DNA from: Botryllus schlosseri
Lineage: Eukaryota
Assembly: GCA_051294905.1 (NCBI GenBank)
Contig: CM119373.1
Location: 17,794,001 to 17,858,000 of the forward strand
Length of the DNA: 64,000 nucleotides
Direction: 5' to 3'
Of this stretch, positions 27,269 to 42,200 are shown one piece after another. Positions within the stretch are counted from its first letter, which is position 1, and each line of letters starts with the position of its first letter. The position numbers and the translations under genes are program-made. The notes under the pieces are model-generated. The model was given only the letters and a program-made list of their open reading frames with translations, made no database searches and was not told where the DNA came from.

Positions 27269-30200
27269 CTGAAAAGAGGATTCAAGTGCAAACGTTTCGT
27301 AATAGTGAACTTTATTCGTTATCAACGACGTAATGCCTGGTCCAGTCAAGTCAGGGAAGGCATGACCTTAGACCAGGGGCGGGCAAGATACGGCCCGTGG
27401 GCCGGATCCGGCCCGCGAAGGGATTTTGACCGGCCCGCAGAGAGTTTCTACCCTGAAAGCGAAACTCTTTTCTGAAAGCATTGACAAATTTGATGCGTCA
27501 CAGAACGAATCCAAGTTTGCCAACCAGAAAAAGATGGACATGAAACTACTTGCTCTGTTCGGGTGTACGTATATTTTCGACCACGAAAATTAACTAGACA
27601 AGGCTGCGTTCCAATATAATTGGTGTTCACGTGCATTCTTTACTAAGGGTTTCTACATACGACATGTAGCCATAGTTTAAATAACTTGCTGACAACTTTG
27701 ACCGACCGATGTGTGATTGACTTCTACAGCTACTGTTTGTTTGTTTTGTGGTATTCTTGGTGTTTGTCGACTACCATATAGTCATTTACACCAGGCCGAT
27801 AGTTCATATTTTTTGCTTCCATAGCTGCCGTCTTGTAGCACGGCCCACTTGTATAGGCTTTTTTACGACACAGGTTACGCGGTTGAGATGGCGAGGAGGA
27901 GCAGCTACTGTTAGTATATTTATTAAATACTGTGCTCTAAACCTAAAGTTTACATTAAATACGATTCATTCCCTATATAGGTGGATTAATGCACGATTAA
28001 GGTATATATTCTGTAATCCGGCCCGCGAAGTAATTCATTTTCCCATATCCGGCCCGCCGACCGGAAAATTAGCCCGCCCCTGCCTTAGACCTATAGTCAA
28101 AACTTTCATTGACTAGCCCAAGCGATACTGCTGGCACCGTTGTAGTCAGCATACTAACATAACGTATACGAAGGAAATGAATATAAATGAGAATAAAATC
28201 ATTTGCTTATGGTTCAGAATCATGGCAAATGTCGACCTTATTTCTGTCGGGCTTTAGATTTCCGTTAAATTTCATCTTTTACTACATATTATATATAGGC
28301 TACGTTATGATCTCCTGTCCATGTATGGAAGTCTGTATGGAAAAAACGTCTATGTGTGTGAACACTGAACAGTTCTATCGAGAAATTCTTAACTGCCGTT
28401 GCAAAGCAATCACTTCGTATTATAGTGTTGTGATAAAAAATATTACCCTACCTCTCGAAATATGATGACTCCTCTGAACCATGCACAGTAGAATGGGGAT
28501 GATGAGAAACGTTGCTATCGCCCCGGCCAGCACAAAATAGATGGTGTGATCTAAAACGACATGGCTACTTTGACAATCGAATTATTCCAATCAAACCTCG
28601 TTAAGTTTTGAGCTTTACATATGTGCGGAAGAAGGATACAGTGGACAAGGACTCAAACAGGATCCATCGATGGTGGAATAATCCAAAGTAATTATATTCT
28701 GACGCCAAATATCGTTGGCAGTCAACAACACACTTCCTACCATGATATTGATGTAGCGATATGACCTTTATCTACGCTATTTCTATTACGTGTAGGCATA
28801 GCTTGTCAACATGTCACCGTGTCAATCAAGGTGATTTAATTTCCATTGTGATGGATATCTCTAATCTGATTCCGCGGTGTATTTGTTAGTAGTGTATACT
28901 CACCAGGATACCGTTGGTGCACGAGTATTGTTGTCCTTCCTAAACAAGTGTGATAAAGAAAATGTTAACCTGAAGCTGGTCACGATTTTGCACTTCCGAT
29001 ATTGCCCCGGCGCATACCGCTTCGTATTTCCCGGAGGAAATGTCGTATACTTGCGGAGTTGCGGTGACACAATTAAGTAATGATGTCAAATGCTTTGGAG
29101 GATTAGTGTTGCAGATGGCTATCGGAACTACCATCAGATAACATGGATTGCCATATGCAAATTTGTAGATTACAAGATGTAGATAACTGGATTTTGAATT
29201 TGAGGATGTTTATGAAACACGACGTAATAACAAAGTGCATTCACGTGGCCATCGATTGGCGTATTATCGTCGTTATTACCGATTTACGTTTCCAGTGTTC
29301 ATGTTAAATATTATGAATTCGCCAGAGTAATTGCTCATGGACGCGTCAGGTCAGTATACCGGACATTCAAAATAATAGTATACTTGACATGGACATGCGA
29401 AAATAACGGAAATGTAGATTGTACAAGGTACAATTGTACATGCATTTGGAGACATAGTGAGTACTCCGTGTATTTGGTATTACCTCGTCAACGGCTACCC
29501 GAATGGTTTGTCTCCTACTTTGGATATCTCGGCTTCTATATTTTTGGCTTAATCTAATCCCCTTTCAGCAGTACTAAAGCGCAAACTACGTTTATTCTGA
29601 CTATAAGTGACGTACAGTTGCTAATATGACGTGTTCCAAGTGTGATGAAATTAACGCGGTAAATTTTGGGCGTTCAGCGGCTGATTGAATCTTACGGACT
29701 GTACCGCACTTTTGAAATTGGCGACGGACAAATACAATTCAACAAAAACTCTCGTATGATTCAGGTATACTGTTCGTTGCCAATTTGTAATTATAGAATT
29801 TTCGAGGAATTTAAGAGTTTATTCTATTGATGCTCGAATCTACAGTATGGAGTGGAACGTTTTGAAACCCGGGTCATGCCAGGATATAAACTTTACAAGC
29901 CTGACACCGGACGTGATGGGCGCATCTATATTCCTTATTCTTACCTGTTAAATTCATTTCGCTGGTCTGGTTTATTGTCCACGCTTCGTGAAACCCTGAG
30001 AGGAAAAGTTTTCTGTAACAGCCGATTGAATAATGTTTTGATGAGTCATATCTGAAGTAATTTATACAGCAATCGATTTAAAACTTCCCGTTGTTGTTGG
30101 CCGAGATAATTTCAGGCTGATAAGTCTTTTGATTACCATTATCAGCGATTCCATTTCGATGTTTCATGGTCTCGCTTGTACGTACATGTCCAATTGTCCA

Positions 30201-33200
30201 AGTACATATGCGTTGTGCACTGTAAACCCTACGTATGAGGTATTGGCTGAGAGGTGAGGTGTATTTCCCCACCCGGGACGGTAAACGAACCTGGATCAAC
30301 TGCGATATAAATCCGCATCTTACATCAGAGTGGAATTCTTAATGGATTGCATCCTGAAATACCGCGACGAGATAGCGTAGTGGTATGATCCACGGCTGCA
30401 ACACCAATAGCCCGACTGAAGTCGACTCCAGAATTCCTACCTAAGTGTTGGAGCTATATCAACGCTCCTCCTCATCTGATCCGCGCAAGCGGTGTCTTTA
30501 AAAATCCTAGCCTAGAAGTTGGCCGTACTACAAGTCGGCAGATACGGAATCAAAATGAAGACAATAGGCCTGGTGTAAATGACCATTGTAGTCGACAAAC
30601 ACCATGCATAACACAAACATACAACCTAAAATACCAATTCACCTTTCCAGTATGCTTGACATTCCGCCATTTCAGGTAATTCCAAATCCGCGAGCCTTTC
30701 ATCTTCTTCGCAGCCTAAATTTAAAATTAATCACATTTACTTCAAGACTTTCTTTATAGATATAGGTAACTCAATTACGTGCTACGGCTACGTTGATTAA
30801 ATAAGTCAGAGTCGGCAGACTATCGGTACTCCTAGTTCACTGGCCGGAAACCTTTTTCGTCAAAAGAGCCATATTGGTCCTATGATTCCTAATGAGCCAT
30901 ACAACGATATCAAATCAACTGTTACGTCACCAATCACCATCGAACATTCGTAATAAGAAATCGATGTTCTATACATGAGAACCGTCATGCGGTTTTATAA
31001 CCAATCAAACGCATCGTGCAATTTAAGATTTCCTGGGCTAATTCGCGAGAGATATTGGCTGTCGACGTGACATCAATTTGCCTTTGCGATCATGCAAACT
31101 TCTTTAGAATTTTAAAGAACGGGGCCGGATCCTCTAGAACAGGGGCGGGCAACATATTGCCGACGAAGCGATTTTGACCGGCCCGCGGAGAGTTTCTACC
31201 CTGGGAGTGGAATTCTATTCTGAAAATATTGACAAAGTTATGCGTCACAGAATGAATCCAAGTTGGCCAACCTGAGAAAGGTGGACATGAAACTGCTTGC
31301 CCTGTTCGGATCTACATACATTTTCGACCATGAACTGTAACGAGACAGGCTACGTTCCAATATAACTGATATTCACGGGCAGTCTTTACTACAGGTTGCT
31401 ACATACGACATGCAGCCAGAGCTTCTTGTTGACAGCTTTGGCCGACCACAGATGTCTGATTGACTTTAACAGCTACTGTTAACAAATTCATTAAACACTG
31501 TTCATGGTCTCTATGCTTTAAACCTAAAGTTAACATTGAATACTATTTTCCTTGTATAGGTGGATAAATACGCGATAAATGTATATATTCTGTAATACGG
31601 CCCGCCAAGTACTTTATTTACCAGTATCCGGCCCGCCTCTGCTCTAGAAGAAAAAAACGATAGCCTATCTTCACCTCACATAGACATGTGCCAACTACCA
31701 TAAGAATATGGATTCTTGTCTGGCTAATATGAAAATTTGTTGAAGAAGTTGTATCATTATTGATAATAAAATTATTAAGCGAGTTAGATGTAATATTGAT
31801 AATTTATTAGATAGCCATATCTAGGGTTACCATATTTTGAGAACTTAAACATAGGACACTTTTCAAAAATTCCGAAAGCTCCGGCACCGGACAAGAAAAC
31901 TGATGATTTTGAAAAAATTTCGACCGATAGTACTATGTTGACTAAAAAAGAGTTCCGATTGTCCTGTTTTTTTACGAAATTCTGACGTTCGTTTCGTCGG
32001 TGTCTCTTTTTTGGTCGCATTTAATCCTTTTTATAGAAAAAATGAACAAATTCCTAAAAAGACTACATTTAGGCGTCCTCCGAGTACGAATCCTCTTAAT
32101 AGAGGATGCATGGTAACCCTAGCTATATCATAACATCTAGACAACCGTGGGATTGCACTCATCCGTCTTACTTGGTATTGTTACTATGGTCTCCATGAAC
32201 TGCGGGTTGTTGTGTCGACGGTACATTGGCAACGAGTGTAGTCGGATGCGAACTCGATCTCGCGGACGGAGCCATAAGCTGCCCGTTTGTCCGATGCACG
32301 GAAATTCAAAGTGAACCACATCCTGCAAAAAGTGAACTGCATCAGACTTATTGCATTGATCTGGCATTGTAAGATATAAACAGTAGGTGACCGAGATTAA
32401 TTTGTTTTTCACTGGAATCGAACCAGAATCCTGATATCAGGGACTTCAAGGCAGAATTGGGCAACTGGAAAATATCTAGCTTTTCCAAATTAGACAAGAA
32501 TTGGGAATAGAAATAGAAAAAAGACGTTTAAGAGCTTCTTGGAGGTACAGAACTTTAACATACAATTGAATAGTATATTCATATTGAAATAAACCCGAAT
32601 ATTTTCGGATGACACTCGTCAGGGATCAGCAGCTAGTAGAGTATTGGAAAGAACATTGTATATCAACAATCGTATCTCAAAATATGACATCACCAGCATG
32701 GAATTTCGAATAAGAGAGCTTTCAATGTACTAATTTTGGATGGTGCACGACAGGGTTTTAATGACTCGAGTCGCGATTTTCTGATGACTCGACTTGACTC
32801 GAGTCATTGTCTCAAAATACGCAAATGGTCAACTTGAGTCAATCTGTGTATTGACTCGACTTCGAGTCGAGTCATCGCGCATGACTCGGACCAAGTACCT
32901 AATGTGACTCGAGTCTCAGACGGCCAAGACCTGCATTTCATTGTAATTTCGAAGAATAGTAAAGTAGCCACACTGTTGGTATTTCGCCTATTGGTACTGA
33001 CAATTGACAATGGGCCAGAAACTGTTAAAAGCGACGTAACTTAGGCTATTTCAAGTGCGAACCATTCGATATCACCAAACAGAGTTATAAAAAGTGGTTT
33101 TAACAAGACCCTAACTCGAAATTGAGCAGTCAACGCAAGGACTTGGAGTGCGTGAGTGCATGATGTCTATACGCCAGTGGACAAGGAAGATTCGAATTAG

Positions 33201-36200
33201 AATTATACTACAAAGTTTTCTTTCCAAATTAGAGTAGAATTGAAAATATAGCTGCAGTTATTTCCAAGTCAGGTTAAAATTAGAATTATAGCTACACAGT
33301 TTTTCTCCAATTTGGATTAGAATTCGAAGTACTAAATTAGCGAAAACTTGAACATAGAATCAAGTTCCATTAATATCAAATCCCAGCTCATCCTTATGAA
33401 CCTGAGACTATAGCAAATGTCCGTAAAGCAAGTTTGGCTCGTTTCGTACTATGCAGTAGGGCTGTTAAAATATAACTTTTTTTAAAATTTATATTATGCA
33501 AAACAAATTTGACTCAATCCCAACTACTAGAAGCGGATAATTTCGTTGATAATTCTCGGATTATCCTTGATTCATGGATAATCCGTGGATTATCAATGAA
33601 AAACTCCAATAACTCCGCTTCTACTAGTTGGAATTGAGTCAAATTTGTTTTGCATGGTCTCTGATGACAGCTCAACAATTTCGTGGGGTTGACAGAAAAA
33701 TTTGAATTTTTCTTTTAATTTTCCCGTATAAATTAAATAATTAATGGGATCTGCAAAGACTTATACTTGTTAGAATTGAACCAGATTTGGTGTGCAGCGT
33801 TTTTTAGGGTAACCTGACAATTTAATGACTGAATAGCTGGAATCCAGAATAAAAATATTATTGAACAACCCTACTATACAGTTTTTCTGTAGCATTTACA
33901 GGAAAACCAGAAATTACAATTAAAATATGAGCATTGAAGGCTTTCACATATTAGATTAGAATTAGATTAACGGCATTTCGCTCTAATTGGTCGAATTGTA
34001 CAACTTTAATTATCTAGTTGTCCAAATCTGCTTCAAGGAATGAATCTGAACCTTTTTCTAGGCATGTCCAATGTCTGTATTGACAACAGTCCGCTGCTTA
34101 CTGGTTACAAGTAATTGAACTCTGGAAGATTGTCATTAAACTGTGGCGGTGGCAAATTGTAGAGGATTTGTTTTATATTCATCGCTTCTATCAGGGGCGG
34201 CTAACCTTTTCGGCCAAATGGCCACATGAGATTTGCGAATCATTGCGCAGGCCACTTGAGTGTTGATGACCTTTTTTTGTCGCACGATAAGAGCGAACCG
34301 GATTAGGTAACGATGAAAACAAGAGTCCTATTACTACGAATCAGAATCGCTAACAATTATGTCATGAAAAGGGAGTCTGTATAGCGCACTAAATACCTAA
34401 TCGCGCGAACTGCGAGAAATTTTCTAAGTTTATGAATGAGTTCGTCCAATACTAATGTCCCTTGCATACATCGCATCTGTATACCGCTGGGCTCATTCGG
34501 CAAGGACAGGACAGGCGCCTGGACATATAAATATCGAAGGTTTCGGCGAATATCCGTCTGGAAATTTGTGCAAGGGCTTCATCGCCGAGTGCAAACGCGA
34601 TGTCTTATGTTGGATGACAAGTTCTCTCATAATTGCGAATATAGTCAGCCTCATTTCAGTAAATTGGGCGCATTTTTTTAATTTTCAGGAGGGGGCACTA
34701 AAAGCAACAAAATGATTGAAAATAAATCGCGCGAAGTGCTAAGAAAAATATCAAGTCAACCAAATGTACCGCGAAATAGGCTATTCTACTTTATGGTCAT
34801 ATACTAAGATCTACGGAAAATGTGGCTTGGCGTATACGCTAATGCGTCGGAGCTGATATTCCGCGGTCAGGCGATTCAAATTTTTAATTGGCCTTGCAAG
34901 TTCACAATGAATTCCCCGGGTAATTTATTATTCGATATTTTATCTATTTTCGAGAATTATCTCTCGGCCACGGGTTGGCCGCCCCTGTTCTAAATGATAT
35001 GCCGACCCGTCAATCCTATTGTGAGACATCGAAATATAATTTGTCAGATCAGGCGTTATGATACTTTGGTGTCAAAGCGTTAGCTGGTATCAGACGCGGA
35101 GAGGTAACGCACGAAGGGGTTTCGTATCCGCGCGTTGTACCAGCGCCTGCGTGCGTGATTTACGTGATATTTGATATCACATATTTTCGGGTACAAAAAT
35201 ACCTACACGTACAGTACGCAAACATTTCTGGCAAAAAACGTTATGTAAGCAATAAATATGATTGAGATGGGCAGAAGAAAGATTTACTTAGCAAAGGGGC
35301 ATATCTCATGTAAATGGTATGTTTTTGCGTCCACTGGGTAATACTTTGCCGCGAAGTTAAGTCTAGTTCATGTGTTTTGGTAGCGAGTTAACTATATTTG
35401 AAATTGAACATTTTGAGACAGATTTGCAGTTGATCATCAACTGGCGCGTTTGCGGTACCCCGGTTTCAAAATGCGAATATTTATAATATTATAGGAACGT
35501 TTGCACCACCTTAACCGTCTCATTGCCTTGCTTACGTCCATGGGTAAAGCCCGAAGCTGTACTTCGATGTTGATTTTTTTTCGCTGAAAGCTCTCTAATG
35601 TGCAGCACGAGATGAAACGTTTTTTCCTCTCGATCTGGCAGCGCATTCAACAAAATTTACGAACAAATCATTATTGCTCCTTGTATATATTATATATCTA
35701 TTGTACAAAGGCTCCACGTCGCCAACTGCATTCGCATTAGCCCACCTCGTTTTCATATATCAAGATAATTCAACCCGCATGTAACTACGACTATGAGATT
35801 TCGCGTGAAATTGTCAAGCACTATCATGGTTTTACGCCACGGTATTAATTTGACCAAACCAAAATTTTGTCAAGCATTGCACAGGGAAAAGTGTTGTACG
35901 TTAAAGGTTCGGTTCAGCATAGTTTTATCGATTCAAAAAATCACAAGATTGCGATGAAATGACAATATAAGGAATCGACGTGACGCGGGCATGTTCATTG
36001 TACACTGTATCAAAAATACTGAAGGTAACATATATATACCGCACGAGATGAAAATAAAGTGGGATGTGTCGGTAGGCTAAATCGACGTGTCAGATCCTGA
36101 CATGGTTATAGACTAGTATTCGTATAAATAGGCTGTTTCTGATGTTTCCGAAGTGAGATAATTCGTTGGCCAAGTTGTGCTGCAATGTTCATAATGGATT

Positions 36201-39200
36201 TGATCTTCTCTTCCGAGATAGAAAAGCGCATTTATATAAAATGTCTCAAACACGGTTTCCGCTCGCAACCGTTTGTTGAAATGTTAGTTACGATCTACGT
36301 ACCACCACACCACACCAGATGTGCTCCGCGTTTGCGATGCTGCGTCAGTAATCCTGTGTGACATTCACTTGCAACTTTGATTTCATTTGTCGATTGTTGG
36401 AGGCAAATTCCCGTCCATATGTGAGTGGCAACGCTGGAAACGACTTACTCGTACATATGTCAACCAGTCCGATTTCGTTCTATTCATGTGACGATTTGAT
36501 GCGACTGTTTCAGATTATGAGGCCACATGCGGAATTATATCCTATAAGTCAAAGTTCAATCCCATTGTATTGATGTTCTCAAAATATCCTTGTGTTTCGG
36601 TATCATTGTACTCTCATCAAAACCGCTCGCTCACAATAAGGCTGAAAAGGCAGTAATTTGAATATCGGTAGTATCAAACGATTGCGTTGTTGCTACGTAG
36701 CGGTGTTAGCAGCGTGAAAAATTGACTGTGGCAACAGGTACAAAAGACTTCTGGATTGGGTATCAATAGAGAATATTTTCGTTAATCGGCTTCAGTTTCT
36801 CAAGTTGCGGTGTACTGCGCGGATACTTTCACGTTCATCTCGGCTTATGTGCATCATAAATAGACTCTGGTTAATGACGCACGCGGTTGAGCGCAAGAAA
36901 GGGGGTCCTGTACACAACAGTGTACTTATGTAATTTAGAAACTTCAGGCATGGCGTGCGATGTTCCCTCTAACTTTTCACGAGTCTGCGCGCACTCACCA
37001 ACTCACTGCGCAACTCGACGCAAAATAAAGTCCTTGTGATGAGTCCTATCTTGCCGGTTGATCGTAACTCAGCATCCATATTATGCGGAACAAAGCTGGG
37101 GATGTTCGCTGAAACGACTACTAATCTCTCGATTAGTAATCAACCCACGACATTGTCAGAAAGCGCTTTGAAATAGCCATGAAGTGCAAAAACTTTTAAT
37201 TATTTCTACCATAATTCGTAATGTAACTATTGGAACTCTTCAGATAGCCAGATTTCGTTGAAATAACGTTTTTTCATGTAAAAAGTTGTCAGTTTTTGAG
37301 GCATAAAAGTTTTTTTTTGGCCAAACTACTTCGTAAGGACAGACAGTTCCAACGAAAAATGAAGATAAGTAGTACATTTCTAACAATATGTGGGAAAACA
37401 CCTAATTTGCATACGGTAGGTCAGATTTGGTGAAAATTAATATTTTTAAGGTCAAAATCTTCCGTAATTTAGGTAAAAAAAATCGCACAAGTTATAAGTC
37501 ATTCTTTGCGTACAAATGCCGGGCTTAGGGACGAAGAAGAATGCCGTGAATCAGATGTCACGTGTCTCTCCAATAACGGGGACATTTATACACTGGGCCT
37601 GTTGTGTATTGCAATTTATGTATTGAATGTTGTGGCTTTTAATAGTTTCTATGCATCGCAGTGGATATGTCGACATCATTTTACTCGTGAAAGATTTTCG
37701 CGCAGACCTATTATTCGTTTCAAATCACGAGATCGAGGCGGACCGAATTGGTAAAACACGGTCAGGGGCCTACGAATATCGTAGGCCACGCACGGTTTCC
37801 GAGATTTGAATCCAAATCCAAATTCATTATGGAAATGAGACACCAAATTTTAGGTTGATTTTGAAATTTTGAACATGTTTTTATTCACCAGTCCGAAAAA
37901 TTAGTATTGAAATTATGCCGTTCCCCGCAAGCTACAATGATTCAGAACCTCGAACGAAGATCTACGAAAAATGTGGCTATAAGCTACGCCAATGCGTCGG
38001 AACTGATATTTTGGTCAGCAACATCCCAAATGTCGCGATCAGGCTAATCAAATTTTTGGTTGGCCTTGCAAGTTCACAATAAATTACTTTGGTAATTTAT
38101 GTTTTGATATTTTAACTAATTTTGACAATTACCCCGCGGGCAACTAAACCTCTCGGGCCACGGGTTGGCCGTCCCTGAATTAGACGCACACAAGTGAAAT
38201 TGCGCGACAATTTGAGTATACGAGTACATCAACCTGACAATAATGCTCATATTAGGGGATTACAAACGAGGAAGCGGGTATTCAAGTATGGTAATTCGTC
38301 GTTTACGTCGAGCGTAATGGGTCCGGAGTATTGTTTGCCGATTACAATCGGACTGGATTGCATTTTCCAATTAGCGCTCGCAACTTCAAAGCATGCACAA
38401 AAAGACAGTGTCCAGTTACGCGTTCCTATCAAAATGACTGTCGAGAAAATCTGGTTCACGAATTACTGCAAGCACGGGAACCTGGCTTTAATTCAGAGGA
38501 GAAAGGGTATGAGCCCGCCTAATCGTAAGAAGATTAGGTGTCCGGCAATTTTGGCGAATTGAATAAAAACTGTAACATTTAGAAATTCTTAACGACCCAT
38601 TATTAGGGTGGAGTGAAAAATGGAAAATTTTGAATTTTAAAACGGACACTTGATATGTGGTGCCAAATTGAAAAAAAATAATTTCTATAATAATTTTGGG
38701 CTCGTGCACCCTCTAGTGGTCGTGCAATTGCACCGAACGAGCCAAAAATAGCTAATTTCGCTATATATTGATGACCGCTTCCTCTAGAAAACTGATTTTG
38801 GTCTCAAAAGATGCGGAAGCAACAAGTTTCTATCTCACTTCCACGGAACTTTGTCTTAAAAATGAACAGAAAAAAAGTTACAAGCAAATTATTGATTTTT
38901 AGACCATTTTTCGGTAAAATTATGCATTGAAGCAGGGTACGAAGCCAAAAGCATGTAGTGATCGATCTTATGACTGACAACTCCATATTGGAAACACATA
39001 AATTGCTAATTCATATTGAAAACACAAAACCATCAATTCCATATTGAAAAAAGATCTATTTCGAAGATGATTTCACTACCAGAGTATTAGTCTGCACAAA
39101 CTTTGAAATCTTGTTTTGTATTGAAAGATTTCATCTGTTTTTGAGACTTCAGTTTTTCTCTGATTAAGTCATCTCTACGTTTAAATCCCGACACATGGGC

Positions 39201-42200
39201 AGATGCTTTGGTCACCACTTTAACGTCTCTTTCCACTGCCTGGTTGTACCAAGGATGTTTGAGGAGATGACCTTAGATTTTCCATCTCGAGATATGGTGA
39301 GTTTTTGATTGCTGGTGGCTGTTCCATATCTTTTAGATTCAAGTTGACAATTTAGTGGTATGATTTGGCCTTGATGTTTATAATTGGGATTTTAAACAAT
39401 CTGATTCTAGTGTCAACGTTGTTTTTAGGTTTCGGTTCATTAACATATCCCTCCTTCTAAGTCGTCGATTGGAATTTGGTATTCTGTTTGATCTGCTCAT
39501 AGTTGTAGGCTAATCTTGCAAGTCTTCCGAGGCTTTCATCATCATCACCGAGCATTCCCAAAAGACATTATCCGGATGTGCAAAATATGCTTTTCCTTGT
39601 AGCAAAGGTAGTGCAAGGTTGCGAATTCGTGTATCAGAAAGCTTTGTAATATGGGAAACTATGTTGCACAAGTTTTTAGCACCATCAACAATGGAATTGT
39701 GCCTTTTTTTTCAAACCATGACGGAAAATTAAACTCCATGCAGAATTAAGCAAGATAGTTCAGATTGCTTGATGGATGACTCTGTCGCACATGTATGCTA
39801 TGTATAGAACCTCAAAAAAATCAGGAAATCTGAACTATCTTACTCAATTCTTCATGGAGGTTTATTTTCCGTCATGGTTTGAAATAAAAAGGTACAATTA
39901 TGGATGACTCAGTCCCACATAAAACATGCCGAATTTTGAGTTTCTATGTGCGACAAAGTCATCCATCAAGCAATCTGAGCTATCTTGCTCAATTCTGCAT
40001 TGAGGTTTATTTTCCGTCATGGTTTGAAATAAAAAGGCACAATTCCATTGTTGATGGTGCTAAAAACTTCTGCAACAGTTTCCCATGTTACAAAAGCTTT
40101 CTAATACACAATTCGTAACCTTGCACTATCTTTGCTACAACAAAAGGCATGTTTTGCACATCTGGGAATGCTCGGTGATGATGATGAAGGCCTCAGAAGA
40201 CTTGCAAGTCTACAACTATGAGCAGATCAAACAGAATATCAGATTCCAATCGACGACTTAGAAGGAGGGATATGTTAATGAACCGAAACCTAAAAACAGC
40301 GTTGACACTAGAATCAGATTGTTCAAAATCCCAATTATAAACATCAAGGCCAAGTCGCACCACCAAATTGTCAACTTGCATCTAAAAGATGCGGAACATC
40401 CACCAGCAATCAAAAGCTTTTCATATCTTGAGCTGGAAAATCTGAGGTCATCACCATTAAGGATCAATCATCCTTGGCACAACCAGGCAGTGGAAAGAGA
40501 CGTCAAAGTGGTGACCGAAGCATATGCCCATTGCTCATGTGTCGGGATTTGAACGTAGCGATGGCCTCATCACACAAAGACTGAAATCTCGAAAGCAGAT
40601 GAAATCCTTTATTACGAAACAGAATTTTAAAGTTTGAGCATACTAATACTCTGGTAGTGAATCCATATTCGAAATATATCTTTTTTCCATATAGAATTGA
40701 TGTTTTTGTGTTTTCAATATGGATTTGCAATTTATGTGCTTTTAATATGGAGTTGTCAGTCATAAGATCAATCAGTACAAGCTTTTGGCATCATAGCCAC
40801 TGCTTCAGCGCCTAATTTTAACTAAAAACAGCCTAAAAATCAATAATTTGCTTGTAACTTTTTTTCTGTTCATTTTTAAGACTAAAGTTCTGTGGAAGTG
40901 AGATATAAACTTGTTGCTTCCGCATCTTTTAAGCCCAAAACCAGCTTTCTAGCATAAGCGGTAATCAATATATCGCGAAATTAGCTATTTTTGGCTCGTT
41001 CGGTGCAATTGCACGACCACTAGAGGGTGCATGAGCCCAAAATTATTATAGAAATTATTTTTTTTAAATTTGGCACCACATATCAAGTGTCCGTTTTGAA
41101 ATTCAAAATTTTCCATTTTTCACTCCACCCTACCCATTATGGCTTGCGTCTCACCGGATTGAAAGCACTGATCTTGACCAATATGCTAAAATGTACGAGC
41201 GTTTCGCGGAACTGCTGCTGTAGACGACCTTATTCGAAATTCTATACGGCTATCATCACCAACCTCCGAAAACGCGTCCTTTGTGAAATTTGCATCTTCT
41301 TCTGTAGTTACATTCAGCACCGTTCGTACCGTTGAGTGAAAAGTGTACGCGTCGTCGTGAAGGTTCATTAGGTAATGAAGGTAATAACCTTGGACGGTGC
41401 CCGAAGTCAAATGATTTACTACAAAGTGTATCGATAAGGAATCAGGTCTCTCCACAAATTCATGTTTCTTCATACCTTTTTGACTCCACTTTACCACCAG
41501 AGCAATGGATCTTTCACGAGTCAGGTACCAAGCGGACCAAATATTTTGCGCCATGGGCGCAGTGACCTGTCCAATACGCGAATACGGTGTATGTTCGCGG
41601 TCTGTGAATACATGGAATGTTACCTCGGTAATTATAAAAACAACAATAACAACTAGTTGCAGTTAGTTTTGCGATAGCAGTTGGTAGTAGGGATTGTGTG
41701 AACGTGAGGTTCACGTTCGCGCTCTGTGCGTGAACCTCAGAAATTTAAAGGTTCACGTTCACAAACGAAACATCGAAGGTTCTGCACTGTGAACCTTTTT
41801 CATATATTACAATTTTCACTTCATTATCTTTGATTGTAATTTATTGCATTTCAACTGCGGGCGACTCCATGCATGGCGCTGGCAGCGTAAAATATCAACA
41901 CTAAACGACCATGCACCTTGACAATCCCAAACATTTGACTTGCTCTGTTACGAAAGTTTGCTCGAAATATCCAGCTTTCCGTTTGTGAATATTTAGCGAC
42001 TCTCTGCTGTGAGCTTGACCCGCAATCACACAACACCAAGACCGAAATACACTACATGTAGTCAGCAAATGATGTTTATGCAACTAATCAATGGAAATGA
42101 TATCGTTGTCTGATGTAAAAAATCTAGCAAGTGTACCGGGTCAATCTTGACCTCATATGTTTATTGTATCGTAAAATCAAAATCCGTGCGATTGGGGTAT

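Noticed and set aside
7570-32920. gactcgagtc/gacttgactc short repeat clusters (about 7570-7700 and 32750-32920) and aaaagttgca arrays (58190-58560)
   Set aside because: These are internal subrepeats of MITE-like elements; there are no constant repeats with unique spacers, so they are not CRISPR arrays.
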